A stretch of 64,000 nt of DNA from Azolla caroliniana (taxonomy: Eukaryota; Plantae; Polypodiophyta), in the NCBI GenBank assembly GCA_043228905.1, contig JBHGNT010000015.1:3596001-3660000 (forward strand), in the 5' to 3' direction. Below are positions 37,301 to 47,000 of this stretch, piece after piece. A program made the translations under genes and the position numbers. The notes beneath the pieces are model-generated. The model was not told the origin of the DNA, made no database searches, and saw nothing but the letters and a program-made list of their open reading frames with translations. How positions within the stretch are numbered: the stretch's first letter is position 1; the number at the start of each line of letters is the position of its first letter.

Positions 37301-39849
37301 GGACCCTCTCCATTATGGTCCGGTTCATCATCTCGGCCAGCCCGTTCAGTTCCGGCGTCTTCGGCACAGTAAACTCGAGCCGGATTCCCTTCGAGCGACA
37401 GTACTCCGCGAACTGCCCCCGGTATTCTCCTCCGTTATCCGCTCGTATCGCTTTCAGCTTCTTGCCGGATTCTCTTTCCACTCTCGCGTGGAGTTCTTTG
37501 AAGACGGACAACACTTGGTCCTTTGTCTTCATCGGTGCCGTCCACAGTCTTCGGCTATGATCATCTATGAATGTTACGCAGTACTGGGCTCCGCCATGTG
37601 ACTTCGTTTCTACCTGACACACATCGGTGTGCACCAACTCCAATGGTGCGCTACGTCTCGTCGGTGGCCTTGAGTGGAAGGAGGTTCGGTTCTGCTTACC
37701 GGCCAGGCAATCGGTGCACTTTTCCAGGTGCACATGCTTCACTGGGATAAGGTTGTCTTCTGCAAGCCTCTTCATCCCCTTCTCACTCATGTGGCACAGT
37801 CTTTTGTGCCACAGCTCACCGGCAGTGTCGGCTGCCACATTCAGCTCTTCCGGACATAGCCGGGAGTTCATCAGGTACAGTGTGTTGACCTTCCGGGCCC
37901 GAGCCACTATCAGGCTCCCCTTGCTGAACTTCATGACACCGTTCCGGATGCTACCCGTGTAGCCTTCATCATCTAGCCTCCCGGCCGAGATCAGGTTCAA
38001 TCGGACCTCCGGAACGTGTCGCACATCCTTCAGCAGCATCTTGCATCCGGTTGATGTCATCAGCCACACGTCTCCTATGCCGGCAATCCGGCATGTGCCT
38101 TCATTTCCCATCCGGACACAGCCATGCTCACCGGCTGTGTAGGATGAGAAGTATTTCTTCTCCGGGGTCAGATGGAACGACGCTCCGGAATCGACCACCC
38201 AGGTCATCTCTACACCGGCAAGGTTCAGCTCCCTCTCTTCGGTAATGAGCATTATCTCTTCTTCACTTGCCGCGAGTGCCGTCGTTCCTTTCCGGTCCTG
38301 CCCTCGCCGATCCGGACCTCTCCGGTCCGTGGCTCCCCGGTATGCACCGTTTCTCTCCGGTGACTTCTTCGAATCGGTGTCGTCGGCTCCGTTGTCTTTT
38401 CGGTAATGCCGACAATTCTTCCGGAAGTGCCCCGGCTTCCCACAGTGGAAGCATGTGGGTCTTCCTCTTGACTGCGACCGGGTCCCCGACTTCTCCCGTC
38501 TTTGCGGACTCCGGTTCCATTGTCTTCCCCGTTCCGATTCGGTAAGCAGCGCCTTCGAGTCGGAGGCCGGTTCTTTATCTCTCCGACGCGCTTCTTCGTT
38601 CAAAATGCTTGTCTTTACCGTTTGTAGAGACAAGTTATCTTCGGTGCAGGAGGTGCTGAGAGTCACCACCAAGTTCTCCCAGCTGTCCGGCAATGTACAC
38701 ATCAGGATGATGGCTTGCATTGCATCCTCCAACGGGAACTTGATCGCCGCAAGCTGGTTCACGAATCCCATGAACGTGCTTACGTGTTCCACCATACTCT
38801 CGCCGTCCCGGTACTTGAGGTTCACTATCTTTCTCATCAGGGAGGTCCGGTTCAACGCATTCTTCCTCTCGTAGAGGCCCGACAGCTTCCTCCACATCTC
38901 ATATGCGTTGGTGTCGTTCGCCACGTGTTGTAGAACGCTCACGTCGACGTATTGCCGAATGGTTGCAACGGCTTTCCGGTTCAGAAGCCTCCACTCCGTC
39001 TCAAGTACCCCCTTGGGTATTTCCGACCTGTCGATCGGTTCATACAGGTCCCGAACAATGAGCAGATCCTCCATCTTTATCTTCCAGTCGGCGTAGTTCT
39101 GCGCATTCAGCACCATCATCCCCGGCTGCCCGCTGCTGCCGCCTTCCATTTTCTGTGTTACCGTTGCTCTGATACCAATTTGTCGTAATTCCGTGCTCGG
39201 CCACAACCGAGGAACAGGATCGATTCACAGAAAACGGAAATACAACAATGCACGAAAAACAATAGAGAGAAGGGTACACTGGATGTTTTTCGTGGAAAAC
39301 CCTAAATGGGAAAAACCACGGGAGTGCAAGACTCCAACTATCACTATACGCGGGAATGTACAATGGCGAGCTGCAAGGCGACGACCTTGAGCTCGCTGTC
39401 CTCGCCACAGGCGGCGGTATTACACAGAGGCGTCGACCTCTTCCTTCCTCTTTCTCTCTCACTCTCTCTCGGCTGCTCTCACTTCGCTCCCTCTTAGTGG
39501 AAAACAGAAAAATGAGCAACAACAACAAACTGTTTGCCCTAAGTCATATTTATACACATATGACTTTCGGGCTATTTACAAATATAGCCTCAAGGGCTCT
39601 TGGCAAACATATTCACAAATATGTCCCCGCATCCGGATCTCCCTCCGGGTACATTCGTCATCCGGCTCCGTAACCGGGGTCTTCAGCATCCGGCACCGTA
39701 GCCGGGGTCTTCATCATCCGGCACCGTAGCCGGGGTCTTCATCATCCGGCTCCGTAGCCGGGGTCTTCATCATCCGGCTCCGTAACCGCAACCGGGCTTG
39801 CCGTCATTCATCTCCGGACATCCCATCCGGAGGGACCGAAATCCCAACA
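34397..39849 (-). mobile_element. Ty1/copia LTR retrotransposon E, intact and very recent
   Basis: 669-bp LTRs at 34397-35065 and 39181-39849, differing at about 2 positions by eye. TSD CATTT. PBS Met-i. PPT present. Confidence 0.96.
35076..39149 (-). CDS. Intact copia gag-pol polyprotein (~1357 aa from MEGGSSG)
   Basis: Single open frame with CCHC knuckle, DSGAS protease, HHCC/DDE integrase, YVDD RT and RNase H. Confidence 0.95.
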   Translation of the reverse strand: MEGGSSGQPGMMVLNAQNYADWKIKMEDLLIVRDLYEPIDRSEIPKGVLETEWRLLNRKAVATIRQYVDVSVLQHVANDTNAYEMWRKLSGLYERKNALNRTSLMRKIVNLKYRDGESMVEHVSTFMGFVNQLAAIKFPLEDAMQAIILMCTLPDSWENLVVTLSTSCTEDNLSLQTVKTSILNEEARRRDKEPASDSKALLTESERGRQWNRSPQRREKSGTRSQSRGRPTCFHCGKPGHFRKNCRHYRKDNGADDTDSKKSPERNGAYRGATDRRGPDRRGQDRKGTTALAASEEEIMLITEERELNLAGVEMTWVVDSGASFHLTPEKKYFSSYTAGEHGCVRMGNEGTCRIAGIGDVWLMTSTGCKMLLKDVRHVPEVRLNLISAGRLDDEGYTGSIRNGVMKFSKGSLIVARARKVNTLYLMNSRLCPEELNVAADTAGELWHKRLCHMSEKGMKRLAEDNLIPVKHVHLEKCTDCLAGKQNRTSFHSRPPTRRSAPLELVHTDVCQVETKSHGGAQYCVTFIDDHSRRLWTAPMKTKDQVLSVFKELHARVERESGKKLKAIRADNGGEYRGQFAEYCRSKGIRLEFTVPKTPELNGLAEMMNRTIMERVRSMLAHAKLPKGFWAEAMSTATYVINRSPSVPLDGDTPQRVWTGKEVSYRHLKVFGCLAYVHVAKDRRGKLDPKTRPCIFLGYGDDEFGYRVWDPVDKKIFRSRDIIFMEDKTLADWESEKKVKSSKSTGEDQLYEEQSRPARDRLALEDPAEDGEETEPTEEDENDTGTGPDPEMDSDEEESEEPVTEAPERRYPLRERRAPRRFSEPEHVLLTDEGEPESFEEAKHDTQSRRWLSAMQDEMDSLHENHTYELVELPKGKRALRNKWVFKLKPGDAGNPPRYKARIVVKGFQQKKGVDFDEIFAPVVKMTSIRTVLSIAASMDLEVEQMDVKTAFLHGDLEEEIYMQQPEGFEKEGKEHLVCRLKKSLYGLKQAPRQWYRKFDSFMTDEGYHKTQSDHCVFVKKFEGGDSLILLLYVDDMLIVGWDQVKIRMLKKALHRTFSMKDLGPARQILGMHIIRDRKKKQLWLSQEKYVTKVLHRFNMSEARPVGSTLPANCKLSSKQSPKTKAEKEDMMKVPYASAVGSLMYAMVCTRPDIGYAVGVVSRYMSNPGKEHWNAVKWILRYLKGTANVCLRFGSGKPELDGFTDSDMSADEDTSRSTSGYAMTYAGGAVSWQSRLQKTVALSTTEAEYMAAVEAGKEIIWMKDFIRELGIRQEEYRLYCDSQSAIHLAKNAAYHSRTKHIQRRYHWIRERIEDQEFMLTKIHTEENGSDMLTKVLTPDKLEACRKRVGLERHPMPK

Positions 39850-40420
39850 CATTTTTATGTGTCGTTTCGCTCTGATACCAGTTGACGGGAAACAAACGCT
39901 CGTTATGCGCAACGCTCAGCCACAATCGAGCTTAGAATCATACACAGAAAATGGGAAAGGTGAAGACACAACATAGGAGAGAAAAGTACACAGGATGTTT
40001 ACGTGGAAAAACCCAAACTAAGGGAAAAAAACCACGACAGCCCACAGGCTGCAAACTATCACTATCATCACGTTCGCGTTCACAAGTGGAAGGATCGCGC
40101 ATAAATGGAAGGATAAGGGAAATTTTAGGGGTTTTTCAATGATTTTACAAAACACATTGATACTAGTATCATACATGTTCAAACATATTATGAAAAAGGT
40201 TAAAAATCCACTATTTTCGTGAATTAGAACTAAAAAAAGACGAATTTCAAAAAGAGACATTCTCAATTTATATCACAAACTTTACAACCAATGTTATTTT
40301 ATAAGAAATGATTTTTTAGAAATCATAAGAATTCAAAACACATGCTTTTATATTACTCCATTTGTTACAAGCGGAATGTAGTTACACTTAATAGCCAAAT
40401 ATACATTCATGATCACTCCT

Positions 40421-43201
40421 TTACGGAGAATCACTACTATAACTAATATACAATGACGATTCCTCCTCATCATCCTCGGATGTACCAATCAGTGCATTAT
40501 CTTCGTCATAAACCAAATGGTTTGACTCTAGATTATATGTAGCAGATCTCGTTTGCCTTTGACTCGAGCCACCTTGTAGACCTGGTAATTTTTCTTTTAT
40601 TATATCTATTGTTGACTTCCTTAATCGTCCGGCTTTTGTAAGTGTGAAGTCGTACACGATGATATCCACATCAGAGATATCAAGGGTCGAGGTGTTACGA
40701 ATGTTTCGCTTCCTCTTCCTACCTCCCCTTCTTGTTGGGCATTCAATCATCTCCAATGTATACTTACTTGTAAAAGCATTTGCACTTCTAGTGTTGTACC
40801 AATGAACATTTATAGACTTGATCGTGTTTTCTATTTCATGCATTAGCACTTCTAGAATTTTACCAACCCAAAATTGGTGGCCATGTGAGCTCTCATCAGC
40901 CGGCGTTGCAATCAACATCCCCACGGTGAGCTCTTGCAAATTTCCTTGCCATCTAGCTTCGGCTGCTTTGGTCATCCTTGGTCAAACATTAATGTCTCTT
41001 TGTTGTGGATGGACCAAGCTGTCATTAATCGCATTTACTAGTTGCTCCGGAGTTCTATTTACGCGATCATGTTGCAGCGACCATGTGAATGGCGTTTCCA
41101 AATTCCAATTATCAACAGATACACAATTGTCTATAATTTCTTTCTGATCACTATAAAATACATCCCACCATGACGTGTCTTGTTGTGCGGCATATTTCTT
41201 GGCGGCCTCAATATGCTTTCTTTTTTCTTCTAAGGCTTGGAGCCATCACCGTTTTTGTTCTGATACCAAGTTGCTCTGCAACTGTCCTTTCTTCTCAATT
41301 GGCATTTGCTTAGCTCCATGGACAATTGTACTCGGCATACAAAGTAATAACTGGCAACCACCTTCAGGTTCCCATGTTGTAGAAGATGAATATTGTTTAG
41401 CATACAAAAGTGTAGAACCACTTATTCCATTTTTCTTTATCATAAAAATGTGATTGAAACTTATATTGTTTAACTGAGCAAGCACTTTAACATTCCCACC
41501 ACCCCCATCTAATATATATCTCTTAAAGTCATATACCTCCTTCAAGTGTAACACTTTTGGGCGTGGTGTATAAGCATCACAAATGACATCAAATAGTTTA
41601 GGTAAAGTGAAAGCATCATGCCGAGACAACTGTCTGGAGAATGTGCTAAACATCTTATCTATATGGTCATGTGTGTGGCCAACCAAAAGGAAATTGACTT
41701 TCACTTTCCTAAAAAATTCTAGGTTGACCAACATACTTAGATAGCCAAATACAGTTGAATTTTTGTTCTCTCTAGCAATATTGTCCAATTGAATGTACAG
41801 AACTGGGGGGAAAGGTTGGCCCCAAGACATCAAAACTCGGTGAATCACTGCAACTGTTAGGTTAGGGTCATTGTGAACATTGGGGTAAGTAATGAAGACG
41901 TGAGGTCGAACAGACCTATTATAAGCCAAGCATCCCACCAAGTGCATTTGAACAAGGCACTCATCATTGACATCTTTGGGGAGCCTCCGCATATGCGGCA
42001 AGCATGTCTTCTTCTGGTCCATGCCATCTATCATTAAGCACATGTATTGTTCGGGCCTCTTCAAACACTTCTCTCTATGATGCATCGCCTTCCTTCGTTC
42101 TAAGGATTGTGCCTCACAATGCTCTTGTAGTAACTTCTTACTCGTATCCTTTTCCATTGATGTCTTTGCACCTTTAGCCAAACTTTTAAGATTTGCACAA
42201 ATGGAGCAATACCCCATACGTACTTTACAAGGAATAATAACATTTGAAAACCGAGCTCTCCATAATCTTGTGAATTGGCTATAGGTGATAGACTTATTAC
42301 GTGAGCCCAGCATATCAGATCGATAGACATCATAAACTTCCCGACGTGTATAATTATCAGAAAGATGCATCCTACCTATAGTGGGCATTACTTCACAATT
42401 TAACTGAAAGTAAGTTTTCATCCAGCCAATAGCATGTCTTCCAATTGCACCTTTCATACTTGGAACCTCTTTACAATTGAGCATCTGATCCCCGCTAAGT
42501 AGACGTTGTTGTACTCTATGTAGCCGCATGTTACTAACACATAACGCAATTTTGAATGCAACTCTACATATCTGTTGCGCATGGAAGATATAATACTAGA
42601 ATGATACTTTGATCCCCGTACATTTGTCAGATACTAGTTGCATATGTGACCCGAGGTAAGTGTCTTGCTCATCACCGGTCATCGAAAAATAGTATCGCCT
42701 TAATTCTCGCAACTTTGATTTTCCAATCATAGACATACAACCACGGGCACAACATATTTTTTTGACATCAAATCCAATCTGTTTATCTGATGTCACCAAG
42801 CTAAATCTAGCCAGACGAATTCTTCGTGGGATTCTTCTAATATGCATAGGGCTCCCAGATTTCTCTTCCTGCATAGAGGTTCGTGTAACCTTGTTACAGT
42901 CTAATTCTCTGTTGTGACCATCGCCAATGTTATTCAATGTTTCCTAGGCACTACCTTCATTCTCGGTATCTTTATTAATATCATATTCTTCAATAGAGAA
43001 CTCTTCACATGTGTCATTATTTACGTTCCCTGTAGATGAGCTCAGACAATATTCTTCGATAGAATATGGTGAGTCAGTCAACAGACAATATTCTTCAATC
43101 GAATATGGTGACTCTGTTGACAAACAATACTCTTCAGTAGAAAACGATGGGTCTGATGACAAACAATATTCTTCAATCGAGAACGGTGAATCTTCACTCA
43201 T
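40421..43201 (-). pseudogene. Sola-like DDD transposase, inner copy: one 927-codon intronless frame with 4 premature stops
   Basis: ORFs 42944-43201, 42596-42937, 41246-42529 and 40421-40975 are all in the same frame. Motifs CCARGC, CSIC, IDGMDQ, QLDN..ENKN and GHTHDHID. Confidence 0.85.
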
Positions 43202-43900
43202 GGCTTAAGGTCTAGATAGGGCTCTCTAAGTTATGTGCTTAGGGTAAGGAAAAAACTAATAAGCTCCTCTCTAAACATATACTCCTCTCTAAACATAAAT
43301 TTCTCTCTAAACAAAAGCCAAATCAATAGAATGTCTATATTATGTAATATTCTATTAATACAATACATCAAAAAATTATTTTTAATAAAGTAATTGTACT
43401 TAAAATATCAATTATTATATAAACTAGATCTATATGAAGTTAAATCAAGTAAAATATAAAACTAATCATTAACAAGCCATGAATATGTTGGATTAATGTT
43501 AAAATCATTGGCTAATTAATGGCACCCATTTTGATATAGAACGTCTCACTCATTGGTTCTTTAATGCTCACCATTTTAAATATTAGACTTATCAATCATT
43601 GGTTAATTCATGCCAACATCTTTAATACATAGCATTTGAGAGTCATAAAAATTGTTGCTTTTAGTAATCAATCATTGGTACATTCATGAACCTCTATCAT
43701 TGTCTCCTTCATAACCTTTGAAGTCATTGCAGGTTGTTATGACTATAAAAGATTGATCAATATGTTAGTTTGACTTTGTAATCATTAATGCAATCATAAG
43801 TTACTCTAGTTAATGTGACTATGGTTACCAACTAACTATCCTCAAAGTTACCAACCTTGGTTAAGGTGACTATGGTTACTTTAACCAATGTGGTCAATCC

Positions 43901-43909
43901 CTATAAATA
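43901..43909 (+). promoter_or_regulatory. Putative TATA box of the ParB-methyltransferase gene
   Basis: ctataaata ~165 bp upstream of the ATG at 44069. The outer copy has ccataaata in a similar context at ~23475. Confidence 0.55.
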
Positions 43910-44068
43910 GGAAGACCTCGTCATATTTCACTCACTAGAGCGTACAGAGCGTACAGAGCACACAGAACGTAGAGAGCACAAAAAGCACACAAAGCACACA
44001 GAGCACAAAGCACACAGAGCACAAAGCACCAAAGCGCGATCTCCGCCTCCACTTCCACACGATCAACC

Positions 44069-47000
44069 ATGTCTTCAAAGAGAATCGAGCGCGAGGACTC
44101 CAGGTAGGCCTCTGACACTGTGGACATTTTTGTAAATATGTTTCGTCACTCTAGAACTCGATACGCCGTATCGAGTTCATGTATACAATACAAACTTTAT
44201 ACATGAACTCGATACGCCGTATCGAGTTCATAATTTGTTTTTGCTTTTTAAACGGGAACTCGATACGGCGTATCGTCGCTCTAGAACTCGATACGCCGTA
44301 TCGAGTTCCCGTTTAAAACCTAAACTTTAAACACGAACTCGATACGCCATATCGAGTTCGTGTTTAAATTTCAAACTTTAAACGGGAACTCGATACGGCA
44401 TATCGAGTTCCTCTGCTTTCTTTACTTTTTAAATAGGAACTCGATACGCCGTATCGAGTTCCTGTTTAAAAAGCAAAGAAAGCAGAGGAACTCAATACGG
44501 CGTATCGAGTTCCCGTTTAAAGTTTAGGATTTAAACAGGAACTCGATACGCCGTATCGAGTTCCTGTATAAAAGAAGGCTCTGAGAGAGAAAATTTGTGT
44601 TTTTGGGGTAACAAATAATTATGGTGTAGAAAAGATATCAAATTGTCTGGCAAAATCAGTCTTTTTTATGTTGATTTCCTTACTTTTAAAAAAAAACATG
44701 TTCTAATTATAGGGGTTTTATGACCTACTTTAGCTTTAAATAGTAGAAAATGATCCACAAATTGCCTTTACGATAGCAAATTCTCCTCAATATAGGTTTG
44801 GAATCTATATAAGTCATACCTACTATTTAAAAGAATATATAACCCTGTTTACTTATTACGATATATATTTTCTAGGTTGAATAGCCCTGCCTATAATAGA
44901 TTTTTGAATATAGGACTGCTAGTGAGAACTGTTCTTCATGTTAATATACAACCTTAATCTACGTGACCACCTAACTTATGTTTTTGCATATACTTTCTTA
45001 AATAGGTCGTTTGAGAACCTGTCGGACCGACCCGTGAAGAAAATAAAGCTTCGCATACAAGGTTCTCCAATCGAAGCCCAGACCAAGGTAGCTCCTGAGA
45101 TCATGAAGAGAGGGAAAAAGCTTCTCTTTAACGAAGAGACAAAATCTCAGCCACATAGTGATGTTAGCCAAAAGAAACTTGTCGCCGCTACTGGAGGTGA
45201 AGACCTTCCTGACCGAGATCTAACGGACAAGGAATGGTGTATGCAATATGTCGACTCAAAGAAAAAAGTCGTATTGTATACAACAAAGAAGAAGGGTGAG
45301 GGGCAGCTTGGAAAGGAAACCCCATTTATGTATGGCCGTATTCTACGATTTGACTACGAAGATGCAGATTCGGCCAACATACTGGTAATGATAGAGTGCT
45401 CCAAGGGGGTACGTAAAGTGTTCCTTTCAGAAGACCTTTTAGTAAAGGAATCTTGTGGGCCAGAAGCATTCAAAAAAGATCTTGAAAGCTCACAAAACCT
45501 TATTGTTACCTTGAGGCCTTATATACAAGGCCATGTAACTCTAAGAGATGAAGTGCCCTCCCCATTGAAGGCCACAAAAAGGGTATCCAAAGTCCAGTCA
45601 AGACCACCAAAGAAGAAGACAACCAAAATGTCAGATACGGATTCAACAAGTGAAAACGAAGAGGAGGATAATAAGGGGACGCCAGGAGCTGAGCTGGCCT
45701 CGGGTGTTTTGTCATCCGAGCAGAATAAGATAAGGAGAGAGTTAATGCAACGGAAACTGGTCAGGAAAGGGCAAGTGTTTAATTTGCCTATAACACACAT
45801 CCATCGGCCCCCTATTGATGAAAAAACAAGTCGACGACCACTTGAGATTAGAGAGCCACACCGCATGCATGTTCAAAATCTCAAGAAAAAAATGAAAATT
45901 AATCCTCATGCCACTGTGGTGCCTTTTATTGTTATGGTAGATCCTGAAGAATGTGAAACCATTGAAGATTTTGATATTAGAAAGCATGATCAATATAATT
46001 ATTTTGTCATTGGTGGATCGCATTCAGCAGAGGCACGTCGGCAACTTGTGAGAGAACATCCAACAACTTTCTTCTTCAAGTATGCCGAGTGCAAAATTTA
46101 TGTTGGGCTCACAACCGAAGAGGCTAAGCTGTTGGCATGGGACCATAATAATGATAATGACTATAGGCAGAAAATGTCATCCATTGAGCGTATACGGTTC
46201 TTCCACCACGAGTATTTAGATGTGAAACAAAAGTTTGGTGTGAAGTTACATCCAGGCCTTCGACGTCAATGTCTGCATGAAGTCGGCATTGTGGGAGATG
46301 ATAATGTTAGGTCCGATGTTCTTCGAAAGTATGAGTCTTGGTTTCAATTGGCGTTTAGAGATGGAGAAGTATGGAACCTACAAGATCAAATCTTCTCAAT
46401 GTGGGAGAATAAGGAGGTAAAGGGTCAACGACAAAAGAAATGTAGGGTTGACCCTCAACTAGAGTTAAAGTCACAAGCCGCCAAGAAAATTGACTTGACA
46501 ATTGAAGAAGCGGCAGACGACATGAAACTGTCTCTATGGAGAGCGATGCAAGGTATTAAGGATGAGCAGCTTCTTGTGTCGGTTTTGTCAAGGGTTGTGG
46601 CGAAAGATTTAAGCCTTGAAGAAATGGTCACTGAGTTCAATAAGTAAGTCTTTCAAATACTGAAATTGTAGTCTATCTAGTGTAATTCAAAGTTCTAATC
46701 TTGATTTCTAATTTTACAGTCATAAGGTGTACATGAAGATCCAAGAAGTTATGATGAAACAACTTGGATGTATAACTTGGGAACAAGTGACCGAGGATTA
46801 TCCTCTAACGTCTTCGTATAAGGCGTTATCAGAGTATTTTATTGCATTCAAGGATTGGGTTAGTATTCATGGTTTTTCATTACCCTTTCATCATATGTAG
46901 AGCTTGTATAATAATACCTAATGTCCTATTGTTTCTATTAGAAACCGTGTCGAGGCAAGAAACAAGGAGAAGTTAAGGATATACACGATTTCCCTACATC

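Noticed and set aside
4573-39673. Numerous antisense and overlapping ORFs in the retroelements and LTRs
   Set aside because: Shadow frames of GC-rich coding sequence or LTR repeats, with no recognisable motifs.
41660-41700. GHTH as the HUH motif of a Helitron or Replitron
   Set aside because: The element has TIRs and 4-bp TSDs, acidic DDD-type motifs, and no helicase or evident catalytic Tyr motif.
43937-44035. ORF 43921-44127 (ALCALCAFCALY...)
   Set aside because: Translation of a simple agagcac/aaagcac repeat in the 5' UTR of the methyltransferase gene.
44154-44563. CRISPR array (palindromic repeats with constant-length spacers)
   Set aside because: Spacers are related to each other, some as reverse complements. 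The repeats are full palindromes, there are no cas genes, and the array is in a spliceosomal intron of a plant transposon.
44938-45005. ORF-track start MLIYNLNL... as the true N-terminus (likewise 27901-28001)
   Set aside because: Not conserved between copies and lies upstream of an AG acceptor. A conserved 35-nt first exon (MSSK.I...DS) splices in frame instead.
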